From assembly GCA_965116875.1 (NCBI GenBank), contig OZ220733.1, positions 3,040,001 to 3,104,000 on the forward strand: a stretch of 64,000 nt of DNA, written 5' to 3'. Shown here piece after piece: positions 39,121-49,106 of the stretch. The notes beneath the pieces were generated by a model. It saw only the letters and a list, made by a program, of their open reading frames with translations, was not told the origin of the DNA and did not search any database. The position numbers and the translations under genes were made by a program. Every line of letters starts with the position of its first letter. The first letter of the stretch is position 1. This DNA is from Candidatus Latescibacterota bacterium (GTDB taxonomy: Bacteria > Latescibacterota > UBA2968 > GCA-2709665).

Positions 39121-42100
39121 TCAGGGTTCACTTGCAATATACCCGAACTCCATATCGTCCATCCAAAGGACCTGATCGGGTTCTCCCCCTGAATCGAACG
39201 CGACGGACACGGTTGTGTAGCCCGGTTGGACGTCCAGTTCCGCCTGGTACGCGGTCCACGTCTCAGCGGGCCTGACGTGGACGTCGAGTCGGGTACCCTG
39301 CTGTCCGGACACGGTCACGCGGGCATGGGTGGCCGTGCCGCGGGCCTTGAATCGCAGGTGGTACCGGCCGGTCGTGCGCAGGCGCATCGGTCGGCTGGTA
39401 AGCGACATGGGGTCCGTGGGTCTCGTAAACTTGAGGCAGGCGTTGCCTTCCGCGGCATCCTCCGTACACCATGCCGGCCAGGCGGTATCGTGGGTGCGGG
39501 AGTGCTGCACGTTCCAGCAGCGGGGCGGGTAATCCACGATGCCGGCTTCAAAACCGCCATTGCAGAGCAGGTTGATGAGTCTGCCCATGCGACTCTCTTT
39601 CAGGTGGGCGCAGACGTCCGGCCGGTCGTCCGGCGGATAGCGGACGAAGATCTCCGCGCCCTCTCGCAGGCAGGCGGTCACGCGGCCATTCCCGCGTACG
39701 CTCACATCCGGGTCCCACCGGTCCTGAACGAGCAGTTCCGCCCCTTCCGCGACCAGTTCGTAGACGCCCGGCTCGCGTGGGGAAATCTCGGAAGAGGCGA
39801 CAACATCCCCGTTGTCCGCGATGGCCGTCTGCAATTCCACCGTCTGCCGGCCATCGCCGTCTGCAAGCGTCAGTTGAAGCGGTTCCGGGGTCGTCGTCAG
39901 GTCCGAGACCGGGTCAACCCACAGGACGGATTCGCCCGCGTCGATGAGGTCGACTCGGAGCATCCCGTCACGCCACGTGCAATCGACGGGGATCACGTTC
40001 CGGGGACGCTCCGGATGTGTAACGAACACCGAGCCCGGCGCACGGGGAAGGTGGATGGAGAGCCGCACCGGCGTCCCGTGCCGGACCTGGAGGTGCGCGA
40101 CGGCGCTACGGGTATTGTAATTCGCCGCGGCGTCGCACTCCGCATCCGCGGACAGGAGAATCTCCCCATGCAGCTTGAGATGGGCGCCGCCGTGAAGCAG
40201 CCAGCGCTCGAGCCGGTCACCGGTTTGGCTGACATTGGCAACCCTGCCGTCCGTTTGTATACCCGCGGCTTCAATATCGCCGCCTTCCCGGTTTCGAAAC
40301 AGGACGCATTCGGACCGGTTCCCCGACTGAAAGCTGACGCCATCGCCGCCGTCTGCCTCCACGCGGCGGATATTGTCGACCTGCGGTCCTTCCGGATTCG
40401 TGTACGCATGCAGGACCGCCAGGATTTGCTCGCTGGTCCTCTTCCGGGTCGTAACCCGGATGTTCCACTGCTGGGGGAAGGCTTCGGTGACCCGGCACCA
40501 GTCCCGCGTTTTCAACGGAAACGGCCTGTCGTTGTTCTGCGAGTACCTCAGCACACCGCCCGCCAGGTGCCGGACCATGAGCCGCTGGTCCCGCTGCCGG
40601 ATGGTCATCGTCTGACCGGCCTCGTCTATGTCCGCGCGTTCGAACGTGTTGAGCGTCCAGGTATATTCCCGCGGTTCAGCCGCTTCGAGGATGTCGCAAA
40701 GGACGAAGACGCCGGGGCGGATGAAGAGGACATGGCGGTGGAACGTTTCGAGCAGTTCCCCGTACGCGCCCGAGGCGTCGCCGGTGAAGAAGCAGGCGTC
40801 GGGCGTATTGAAAAATGCCGTGATTTCTCCCTTGTGGGCGATGCCCCGGCGCTGGCTTTCCCCGTCCACGAGGATGGAATTGTGCGCCTGCGTGGTCCGG
40901 GTCCATTGAGCGTGGTACGTGTCCCCGGAATAGGTGTAATACCCCGCGTCGCAGCAAAGGATCTCACCCCCGGCGTGGATGACGAATCCGTTCTGGTCCT
41001 GGTGCGCGTGGCTGTGATCGCCCCAAGGGCTGCTCCGGAAGAAGATGCGGCTGCCTCCGTGATCGTAGAACCGGTCGTAAGCGGCGAGTTGTCCCACGTC
41101 GGGAAACAGGCGCGCCTGCGGGACATCCACCGGCGGCCCGGGCCTGACGCCGCTGCCTGCGAGGTACTGAAGCGGGAGATGCACCGGGTTGCATACCCGT
41201 GTATCGCTCCACCATTTGACCGCGGGATCTCCGGTCATCGCGGCCAGGAATGCGGAAACGTAGGTGTCCGCATCGCTTCCCAGATTCGGGTCGATCAGGG
41301 AATAGCAGTCCCCCCAGTGGTTCCACCAGTAATTGAGAGACATGCAATACAGCCAGAACGAGCCGGTATTCTGCCAACGGGGTTCGCGGAAGACGTCAAG
41401 ACCCGTCGCGGTTTTGAGTGCGGCCAGGGCTTCCAGGATGAACTGCACCTTGTGGCCGTATTTCTGGCCTTCGGTGTACCCGCCGTCGCTGCTGCCCCAC
41501 GCAACCCGGTTCACGTACTGGCGGATCAGGTAGTCGGCCCATTCGCGTGTCCGCGCGGATTCGGTCGCCACGGCGAGAACCGTGGACAGCAGCGCGTGCA
41601 TGCATTGTTGACCATGGGAATTCTGATAGTTCAGATGGATCTGAAGTCCTTCCCGGATCCACTGATAGGCGGCTTCGCAATGGAACTCGACGTGGCACAT
41701 TACACTCGAACGTTCCAGGGGCGTAAGCAGATCGTAGAGTCGATCGTACGCAAGGGCCATGCCCTTAAGCCCGTATTCGTAGCAGTAGACAACGGTATCG
41801 TGCTGTCCCCGGTCTTCCTGGTGGATGTCGACGCGGAAGTTCGAGATGAAAACCATCCAGCGCCGCGCGGCCTCGGCGTACTGTTTCTCTCCCGAGATCA
41901 GATAGGCGAACGAGAGCGCATTGACGGTATCGGCGCCTCGCTTGAGTTCGGAGATCCGGAAGTCCACCGGAAACGTGATGCGGCCGTCTCTCAGATGAAA
42001 TACCTGACCGCGACGTTCGTCCAGGCCCGCGGGCACGGACTGCAGATCCAATCCGGGAGGTGCGCTTTGAACCAGGGCGTCCGCGCGGTGCTTGAGGTGA

Positions 42101-42552
42101 CGCCATGCTTCACGGCCCGGCCCATGCCTGCGGGCGCGGAACGCCTCCAGGGTCTCGGGGGTGACAAAGATACGCGGGTGGTCCGGCATCGCGTCGAGGA
42201 TGCGCTCTGACGGGGGTATGGGAAGCGACACGGATTGGGGCGTGACGTGAAAGCTCCGCACGGGACCGGGCCTGGAGCGTTCACCCGCTGACGTAACCGC
42301 GAAATAACGCCAGTGCCACCGTCCACGGTCGAGTTCCACCGGCGGATTGAAGAACGGCACGTCGATGCCGGCGAAGCGCATGATTTCACCCCTGAAACCG
42401 TCGTGCCTGCAGATCTCCACGATGTATGAGTCAGCCCGGTCGTCCAGGCGCCAGATCAGGGCCGGGGGGTTCTGGATCGCGATGGAACCGTCAGCAGGCG
42501 TGATCGGGGGATGGCGGTCCGGCTGAGGCGACGTGTCAACGGCAAAGGCCAT
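39121..42552 (-). CDS. DUF4962/heparinase II/III family lyase-like protein with C-terminal CBM-like domain
   Basis: HPRIF, HSHAHQDQNGF, DAGYY, AHNSILVDG; C-terminal NLLCNGGFE. Confidence 0.82.
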   Translation of the reverse strand: MAFAVDTSPQPDRHPPITPADGSIAIQNPPALIWRLDDRADSYIVEICRHDGFRGEIMRFAGIDVPFFNPPVELDRGRWHWRYFAVTSAGERSRPGPVRSFHVTPQSVSLPIPPSERILDAMPDHPRIFVTPETLEAFRARRHGPGREAWRHLKHRADALVQSAPPGLDLQSVPAGLDERRGQVFHLRDGRITFPVDFRISELKRGADTVNALSFAYLISGEKQYAEAARRWMVFISNFRVDIHQEDRGQHDTVVYCYEYGLKGMALAYDRLYDLLTPLERSSVMCHVEFHCEAAYQWIREGLQIHLNYQNSHGQQCMHALLSTVLAVATESARTREWADYLIRQYVNRVAWGSSDGGYTEGQKYGHKVQFILEALAALKTATGLDVFREPRWQNTGSFWLYCMSLNYWWNHWGDCYSLIDPNLGSDADTYVSAFLAAMTGDPAVKWWSDTRVCNPVHLPLQYLAGSGVRPGPPVDVPQARLFPDVGQLAAYDRFYDHGGSRIFFRSSPWGDHSHAHQDQNGFVIHAGGEILCCDAGYYTYSGDTYHAQWTRTTQAHNSILVDGESQRRGIAHKGEITAFFNTPDACFFTGDASGAYGELLETFHRHVLFIRPGVFVLCDILEAAEPREYTWTLNTFERADIDEAGQTMTIRQRDQRLMVRHLAGGVLRYSQNNDRPFPLKTRDWCRVTEAFPQQWNIRVTTRKRTSEQILAVLHAYTNPEGPQVDNIRRVEADGGDGVSFQSGNRSECVLFRNREGGDIEAAGIQTDGRVANVSQTGDRLERWLLHGGAHLKLHGEILLSADAECDAAANYNTRSAVAHLQVRHGTPVRLSIHLPRAPGSVFVTHPERPRNVIPVDCTWRDGMLRVDLIDAGESVLWVDPVSDLTTTPEPLQLTLADGDGRQTVELQTAIADNGDVVASSEISPREPGVYELVAEGAELLVQDRWDPDVSVRGNGRVTACLREGAEIFVRYPPDDRPDVCAHLKESRMGRLINLLCNGGFEAGIVDYPPRCWNVQHSRTHDTAWPAWCTEDAAEGNACLKFTRPTDPMSLTSRPMRLRTTGRYHLRFKARGTATHARVTVSGQQGTRLDVHVRPAETWTAYQAELDVQPGYTTVSVAFDSGGEPDQVLWMDDMEFGYIASEP

Positions 42553-42642
42553 GTGATGGGCTCCGCTGTAGATCGGAATTTTCCCGGGCTATCGACATTT
42601 CCTGCACAATATAGCTACCCCTCCGGTCCACGGGCAAGCACC

Positions 42643-42671
42643 TTGACATGCCGTTGCCGCCGGGCTATCTT
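42643..42671 (+). promoter_or_regulatory. sigma70-type promoter of lipoprotein-DUF350-SDR-speE unit
   Basis: TTGACA-17 bp-TATCTT. Confidence 0.6.
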
Positions 42672-42823
42672 TCTACGACTGAATCAAGCGCCCGATGTGC
42701 CCCTTACGCTGAACATACGTGCATTTCGTGAGTTGCTTGTACTTAGCTTGCATGTAATGAGCTCCGTCCCTGAGCTCGTCGAAGGATGTCGATGTGTCGA
42801 TGCGTTCCGGATGAACCAAGGAG

Positions 42824-43510
42824 ATGCTTATGCGACAGTTGCGATGGCCGGTAATTGCGTTCGCCACACTCTGGATTGCCGGGTGCGGCACGCGGGATCC
42901 CGTTCAGGAGATGCAGAAGAGCCTGGCGAAGGCGCCCGAGTATATGATCATACTGGAGGACATGCGGGAGGACGGCACTTTTTTTACCAATTACTATCAC
43001 CGATACACGGTCGTACAGGGAGAGCGGCGGGGCACAACCGAATGGATTGAGGTACCGGAGGAGGTCTATCGGCGGTACGCGGCATTTCTCGGTATGGCAT
43101 TGGTCGCCAAGTCGGACGAAGGGATGAACAGTACCCCTCATCCGCCCGGATACCACTACGTGGGGAACCCCAATTACGGGCACTGGGGGGGCGGCGGGAG
43201 TTTCTGGGTGTTCTACGGACAATACGCGTTGATGCGTGATTTAATGGGCGGGGGATACGGGCGGCAGATTTACCGCAACGACTACAACGACTATCGCAAC
43301 AGCCGAGACCGGCGCCGGCCGTACTACGGGCGCAACCGTGAGTACGGTACCGAAGGATCGGTCACAAAGAAACAAAGGCCGGCGTTTTATCAGCGCCGGC
43401 AACGGGCCATTGCAAACCGGCAGCGGTCCTTTTCCCAGAGGGTCAGGGACCGGTCCGGCCGCAACCGGTCGGGCTTTGGCAGCCGCAGCAGAGGGAGGTT
43501 TGGAAAATGA
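42824..43510 (+). CDS. lipoprotein with Arg/Gly/Tyr-rich C-terminus (PspA/DUF350-associated)
   Basis: Lipobox LWIAGC; PPGYHYVGNPNYGHW...SFWVFYGQY; ends in RSRGRFGK. Confidence 0.8.
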   Translation: MLMRQLRWPVIAFATLWIAGCGTRDPVQEMQKSLAKAPEYMIILEDMREDGTFFTNYYHRYTVVQGERRGTTEWIEVPEEVYRRYAAFLGMALVAKSDEGMNSTPHPPGYHYVGNPNYGHWGGGGSFWVFYGQYALMRDLMGGGYGRQIYRNDYNDYRNSRDRRRPYYGRNREYGTEGSVTKKQRPAFYQRRQRAIANRQRSFSQRVRDRSGRNRSGFGSRSRGRFGK

Positions 43511-44352
43511 TGTGGGACAGTTTGCTGGAAACCGGGATTTACCTGGTCTGCGCGTATGTGTTGTTCTGGATCGGCAAGCTTGTTTACGACTGGACCACGC
43601 CGAGCTACCGCGTGAAGGAAGAGCTTGTGGAGAAGGACAACACAGCCCTGTCGGTGGCAATCGTGGGGTACTTCTTCGGGCTGGTTCTGGCAATTGGCGG
43701 GGTGATTTCCGGACCCTCGCACGGGCTGGAGGTGGACCTGACCGACGTACTCATCTACGGCCCGCTGTCGATCGTGCTGATGAATCTCTCGCGGGTCATC
43801 AACGACCGGCTGATCCTGCACCAGTTTTCGATCCGGGACGAGATCGTACGTGACCAGAATGCGGGTACGGGAGCGGTGGTTTGCGCGTCGTACATCGCCA
43901 CGGGTCTGGTGATTTTCGGGGCCGTGTCCGGCGAACTCGGCGGCCTGGGCACGACCGTCGCGTTTTGGGTTCTCGGACAGGCGGCGCTGGTGCTGGCGGG
44001 CATTGTCTACAACTGGGCCACACCGTACGATCTGCATACGGAAATTGAAAGGGACAACGCCGCGGCCGGCGTGGCATTCGCAGGCGCGCTGGTGGGGATC
44101 GGCATTGTGGTTCGGCACGCGGTGGCCGGAGATTTTATTTCCTGGGCGGCGAGCCTTCAGGACTTCGCCCTCGAGGTGATCATCGGGCTCGTCCTGCTGC
44201 TCGTGGTACGCGTTGGCACGGACAAGATTCTGTTGCCGGGCCTGAACCTTGCGGCTGAGATCTCGGATCCCGAAAAACCTCACCTGGGCGCCGGGTTTAT
44301 CGAAGCGTTCTCGTACGTAGGGGCATCGCTCTTGATCGTGTGGGTCTTGTAG
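43507..44352 (+). CDS. DUF350 domain membrane protein (duplicated)
   Basis: Repeated TPxY...EI/EL..DNxAxG motifs; about eight TM helices. Confidence 0.85.
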   Translation: MMWDSLLETGIYLVCAYVLFWIGKLVYDWTTPSYRVKEELVEKDNTALSVAIVGYFFGLVLAIGGVISGPSHGLEVDLTDVLIYGPLSIVLMNLSRVINDRLILHQFSIRDEIVRDQNAGTGAVVCASYIATGLVIFGAVSGELGGLGTTVAFWVLGQAALVLAGIVYNWATPYDLHTEIERDNAAAGVAFAGALVGIGIVVRHAVAGDFISWAASLQDFALEVIIGLVLLLVVRVGTDKILLPGLNLAAEISDPEKPHLGAGFIEAFSYVGASLLIVWVL

Positions 44353-44364
44353 GAAGCGGCTGCC

Positions 44365-45165
44365 ATGGCGCATCGCCTGAAAGACAAGATCGCAATCGTG
44401 ACGGGGGCCGGCTCGGTCGGGCCCGGATGGGGAAACGGCAAGGCGGCTGCCGTACTCTTTGCGCGGGAAGGGGCCCGCGTTTTCGCCGTGGACATCAGCC
44501 CGGAGGCCGCGGAGGAGACGCAGGAGTTCATCGCGCGCGAGGGAGGGGACTGTACGGCCCACCAGGCGGACGTGTCGCGGTCCGAAGACGTGGAAGCCCT
44601 CGTCGCACGGTGCCTCGATACCTACAACCGTGTTGATATTCTGCACAATAACGTCGGCATTCTCCACGTGGGCGGATGCGTTGAACTCAGCGAGGAAACC
44701 TGGGACCGCGTGGTCGACGTGAATCTCAAGAGTATGTTTCTGACGTGTAAGCACGTACTGCCCCAAATGGAACGACAGGGCGGCGGCGCGATCGTGAATA
44801 TCTCTTCGATCACTTCGATTCGCTGGCTGGGCGTGCCCTATGTCTCCTACAGCGCGACCAAGGGTGGGGTGAATCAGCTCACCCAGAGTATTGCGATGCA
44901 GTATGCCAGGAAGAATATCCGCGCCAACTCGATACTGCCCGGATTCATGAATACACCCATGGTGGCGAAATCCCTGGCCGAATTCTACGCACAGGGCGAC
45001 GTGGAGAAGATGATTCAGATTCGTGACAACCAGTGTCCGATGGGCAGGATGGGCGATGCCTGGGACGTGGCGTATGCCGCCCTGTATCTGGCTTCGGATG
45101 AGGCGAAATACGTCACCGGCGCCGAACTCGTCGTGGACGGCGGGTTGACGTGCAAGGTGGTGTAG
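44365..45165 (+). CDS. SDR family oxidoreductase
   Basis: VTGAGSVGPGWGNG, NNVG, YSATK, VDGG. Confidence 0.95.
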   Translation: MAHRLKDKIAIVTGAGSVGPGWGNGKAAAVLFAREGARVFAVDISPEAAEETQEFIAREGGDCTAHQADVSRSEDVEALVARCLDTYNRVDILHNNVGILHVGGCVELSEETWDRVVDVNLKSMFLTCKHVLPQMERQGGGAIVNISSITSIRWLGVPYVSYSATKGGVNQLTQSIAMQYARKNIRANSILPGFMNTPMVAKSLAEFYAQGDVEKMIQIRDNQCPMGRMGDAWDVAYAALYLASDEAKYVTGAELVVDGGLTCKVV

Positions 45166-45186
45166 CGCGGGACAGAAGAACAGGGT

Positions 45187-46791
45187 ATGGCCGCAATAGA
45201 CAGCGACCCCGAAGACCATGGTGGCAGAGGAGCGCCCCCTCCCGTATCCTCGGGAGATTCGGGAAGCGGCCGTCTGTTGAAGGCGTGTGTGTTCGCGACC
45301 GGACTGGCGGGAATCGTCGCGGAATTCGTGCTTTCCACGCTGGCCAGCTACCTGCTCGGAAACCCCACGTTGCAGTGGACGCTGGTATTGTCGCTGATGT
45401 TCTTTACGATGGGGCTCGGAAGCCGTCTGAGCCGGCATCTTTCTGAGCGGCTGCTGGACCGGTTCATCGCGGTTGAGTTCTTCCTCTCGGCGCTGTGCGC
45501 GACGTCCGCCGCAGCGGCCTATTGGGGCACGGCGTTCGTCGAGGCGACGGGCGCCGTTATTTATGGCTATGCCGGCGCGATCGGATTCCTGATCGGACTT
45601 GAGATTCCCCTGGTAACACGCATGAACGACGCGTATGAGGAACTCAAAACCAATATCGCGTCGGTTATGGAGAAGGACTATTTCGGCGCGCTGGCGGGGG
45701 GATTGCTGTTTGCGTTTTTCGCGCTGCCGAAGCTGGGGCTCACCTATACGCCCATCGCGCTGGGCACGGTGAACTTCGCCGTTGCATCTACGCTCTTGTG
45801 GCGATACCGGAGCCTGCTGGCGCGGCCGGGCGCGCTCATCGCCGCGTTCTGGATCACCGCGGGAGGGCTTATTGCTCTGGGCGCGTTTATGCAGCCCATC
45901 ATGCGGTTCGGCGAGCAGAGCCGGTATCGGGACCGGGTGGTTTTCGAGACGCAGACCCCATATCAGCGGATCGTGATCACGCAGTGGAAGGGGTACCACT
46001 GGCTGTACCTGAACGGCGGAATGCAATTCAGCACGTACGACGAAGAACGGTATCACGAACCGCTCGTGCATCCGGCAATGGGACTGGCCGCAGCCAGGGA
46101 GCGCGTACTGATCCTGGGCGGGGGCGATGGACTGGCGCTCCGGGAAATCTTGAAATACGAAGACGTAAAACGGGTCACGCTGGTGGACCTCGACCCTGAG
46201 GTGATCCGGCTTGCGCGCACCCATCCGGTGTTCGTGGAAGCGAATGAAGGGGCGCTGGAGGATGAACGGGTGGACGTGGTCACCCGGGACGCGGGCCGGT
46301 TTCTGGCGGACGACGCGGGCATCTACGATGTCATTCTGATTGATCTGCCGGATCCGAAGGGTCCGGACCTCGCCCGCCTGTATTCGAAGGAGTTCTATTC
46401 CGCGTGCAAACAGCACCTTTCGCGGCACGGGATACTCGCGACGCAGAGTTCCAGCCCGCTCCACGCCAGGCGGGCGTTTCTTTGCGTGTACCGAACGATG
46501 AAGGCGGCGGGGTTCCAGGTCGTACCCTACCATAACGCAATTCCGACGATGGGAGACTGGGGGTGGCACCTGGCCATGAATGAGGAGGTGATTTCGAAGC
46601 CGGACCTGAAGCGGCGAGCGATGGCGCTTCGCTTTTCGGACGTCGAAACGGATTTTCTCAACGGAGAGGCAATGGTGGGTATGTTGCACTTCTGGAAGGG
46701 AATGTTCGACGGGGTCGAGAACGTAGCCGTGAATACCGAACTGGCGCCGGTGGTGGACAGGTATTACCGGGAGGGTGATTGGGGATGGTAA
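45187..46791 (+). CDS. speE: membrane-anchored polyamine aminopropyltransferase (spermidine synthase-like)
   Basis: N-terminal TM region; QTPYQ, DEERYHEPLVHP, LILGGGDGLALRE, DVILIDLPDP. Confidence 0.9.
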   Translation: MAAIDSDPEDHGGRGAPPPVSSGDSGSGRLLKACVFATGLAGIVAEFVLSTLASYLLGNPTLQWTLVLSLMFFTMGLGSRLSRHLSERLLDRFIAVEFFLSALCATSAAAAYWGTAFVEATGAVIYGYAGAIGFLIGLEIPLVTRMNDAYEELKTNIASVMEKDYFGALAGGLLFAFFALPKLGLTYTPIALGTVNFAVASTLLWRYRSLLARPGALIAAFWITAGGLIALGAFMQPIMRFGEQSRYRDRVVFETQTPYQRIVITQWKGYHWLYLNGGMQFSTYDEERYHEPLVHPAMGLAAARERVLILGGGDGLALREILKYEDVKRVTLVDLDPEVIRLARTHPVFVEANEGALEDERVDVVTRDAGRFLADDAGIYDVILIDLPDPKGPDLARLYSKEFYSACKQHLSRHGILATQSSSPLHARRAFLCVYRTMKAAGFQVVPYHNAIPTMGDWGWHLAMNEEVISKPDLKRRAMALRFSDVETDFLNGEAMVGMLHFWKGMFDGVENVAVNTELAPVVDRYYREGDWGW

Positions 46792-46992
46792 AGAGCGGGG
46801 AGACGGGAGAAATTAAAAAAAAGGAAAAAGGAAAAAGGAAGAAGGAAAAAAGGAAAATCGGTCGCGTCAAAAGGAACACGCCGTAGGTATGATTTGGAAG
46901 GGAAAGAGAAACAAAGGTTCTGTCCTTGCATGCCAGCTCTTTCCTCATAAATCCTTTGTTTTCTTGTTATTTACGTCCTTTTTCTTATGCGC

Positions 46993-48749
46993 CAGAGTGT
47001 GTCAAAAGTAATTATAGATTGTCTATATCTTTGTTCATGCGTACCGTTGTGAAGTCCTCGTCTGTCTCCCATCCAAAAGGCGGCACAATATGGATTTCAT
47101 TCGCGGTGAATCAAGAGATCAAGGCACGTTGTTTCCGGAGCATTTGGACGATTATATCGGCAAAGATAACCCGGTGCGTTTTATCGATGTCTTTGTGGAT
47201 GACCTGGATGTGAGCGCCTTGGGTTTTCAGCGGATCGCGCCTGCCTGGACAGGGCGTCGGCCTTATGATCCGCGTGATCTGCTCAAGCTGTACATCTATG
47301 GGTATCTCAATCAGATCCGTTCTTCTCGCAAATTGGAACGTGAGACGCATCGCAATGTGGAAGTGATGTGGCTTCTCAGAAGGCTTTGTCCGGATCACAA
47401 GACGATAGCCAATTTTCGTAAGGACAACCCCAAAGCGTTTAAGGGGGTCTTTCTCGCCTTCACAGCCGTTTGTCGGCAGTTATCGCTGTTCGGGGGTGAG
47501 TTGATCGCCGTTGACGGCAGTAAATTCAAGGCCGTCAACTCTCCGCAACGCAATTTCACCAAGGACAAGTTGAAAAGAAGGCTTCAAGAACTCGAAGAAA
47601 AGATCGAGCGATATCTTCAAGAATTAGATGACCAGGATGCTCAAGACGCAGAAGCGTCATCGTCGGAAGCGGATGCTTCTATACGTGAGAAAATGCAACA
47701 TCTGAGAGAACGAAAAGTGACGTATACCCACTTGTTGGACGACCTTGAGGCGCGCGGTGAAACCCAGGTCTCGCTGACGGACCCGGACAGCCGGGCGATG
47801 CCTAAGAGCCCGAAAGCTAAAGTGGGATACAATGTCCAGGCAGCCACCGACGATAAGCATCATCTCATTGTGGAACAGGATGTGACCAATCAGGCCAATG
47901 ACAAGGCACAGTTGAGCAAAATCAGTATCGGTGCAAAAAAGGTCATGGGCGTGAAGGCCTGCCGCGCTGTTGCCGATGCGGGCTATTACAATGGTGAAAC
48001 GATCAAGGCATGCGTTGAGGAACACCTTGAGCCGTATGTGCCCAAGCCCGACACCTCCAACAGCAAAAGCAGAGGCTTATATAGTAAAGACGACTTTATC
48101 TATGATCCCCAACAGGATCATTATCTATGTCCCGCAGGGCAAGTGCTCACCTATGCTTATGACGCAACGTATCGGAAAAAAACATCCGACCCAGCCGTCA
48201 TCAAAAAACATTACACGACATCGGCGTGTAGTACCTGTGGGGTGCGGTCTTTATGCACGACAAACAAGAATGGACGCATTCTCACGCGGTGGGTCGATGA
48301 ACACCTCCTGGATGAGATGGCGCAACGTCTGGCAGAAAACCCCGAGGTGCTTAACAAACGACGAGAAATGGTGGAGCATCCCTTCGGCACGCTCAAGTTC
48401 TGGTATGGGTATGCCCACTTTCTTGTCAAAGGCCTCGACAAGGTCAAAGCCGAGTTCTCTTTGATGAGCCTTGCTTACAATATCAAGCGGACCATCAACC
48501 TCGTCGGCGTGCACAAAATGGTTAACGCCGTCTCCTGAACAGCTCACCCGGCAAAGTCTTGTCCAACAGCCACACGGTCAGCCGCTGTGCTGAGGCACTT
48601 CTACAGCCGACTCTCAACGACTTGCAAAGGACTTCTCGAACGCGGCACCGATACCTGGGCATCCGCAACGACCTTAACAGGCATCATGGATACACCCTGG
48701 AGGCATTGTGACCCACCTCCGAGTGTAATGAGAGTTTTTACACGGTCTC
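46993..48749 (+). mobile_element. IS1182 family insertion sequence
   Basis: Imperfect TIRs CAGAGTGTGTCAAAA / TTTTTACACGGTCTC; GCGC direct repeat at 46989-46992 and 48750-48753. Confidence 0.88.
47090..48538 (+). CDS. IS1182 family transposase
   Basis: GRRPYDPRDLLKLYIYGY, SSRKLE, PDHKTIANFR, AVDGSK, TDPDSR, ADAGY, VEHPFG. Confidence 0.95.
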   Translation: MDFIRGESRDQGTLFPEHLDDYIGKDNPVRFIDVFVDDLDVSALGFQRIAPAWTGRRPYDPRDLLKLYIYGYLNQIRSSRKLERETHRNVEVMWLLRRLCPDHKTIANFRKDNPKAFKGVFLAFTAVCRQLSLFGGELIAVDGSKFKAVNSPQRNFTKDKLKRRLQELEEKIERYLQELDDQDAQDAEASSSEADASIREKMQHLRERKVTYTHLLDDLEARGETQVSLTDPDSRAMPKSPKAKVGYNVQAATDDKHHLIVEQDVTNQANDKAQLSKISIGAKKVMGVKACRAVADAGYYNGETIKACVEEHLEPYVPKPDTSNSKSRGLYSKDDFIYDPQQDHYLCPAGQVLTYAYDATYRKKTSDPAVIKKHYTTSACSTCGVRSLCTTNKNGRILTRWVDEHLLDEMAQRLAENPEVLNKRREMVEHPFGTLKFWYGYAHFLVKGLDKVKAEFSLMSLAYNIKRTINLVGVHKMVNAVS

Positions 48750-48962
48750 GCGCGGAAGAAAAAGGACCAAAAAGAAGCGCGCCCTTCGGCAGGGGGCCGG
48801 TTTTTCCGTGAATCACTCCAAAGGCATAAACGGGATTTGTGTGGCCTACCAACTCTTCAGCAAAGCCAGTGCAAATGCGCTGGACGGATAGGCACGGAAA
48901 AACCCCCCGTACCCCCGGTCGCCGGTTGTGAAATGCATTGATAGAGCGAAACCCGCCTTTCC

Positions 48963-49078
48963 TCCCTCTTTCCTTTAGGAGAGAGGGCCGGGGAGAGAGG
49001 TCTGGGTGGCGGGGAGTGGCGGATCTTGATCTTGCTTTTCGCCTTTTGCTGACTGCTGATCGCTGACCGCTGATAGCT
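48963..49078 (+). repeat. CCCTCT/GAGAGGG hairpin repeat plus GCTGAnn heptamer tract
   Basis: GGAGAGAGGGCCGGGGAGAGAGGTCTG...GCTGACTGCTGATCGCTGACCGCTGATAGC; second copy at 52560-52683. Confidence 0.7.
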
Positions 49079-49106
49079 TCTTTTATAACCTGAAAGGTTT
49101 CCAACG

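Noticed and set aside
39226-42210. 994-aa + strand ORF (and similar long ORFs such as 43390-46689, 33053-34744 and 3617-5089)
   Set aside because: Antisense shadows of well-supported genes, expected in GC-rich DNA; no recognisable motifs.
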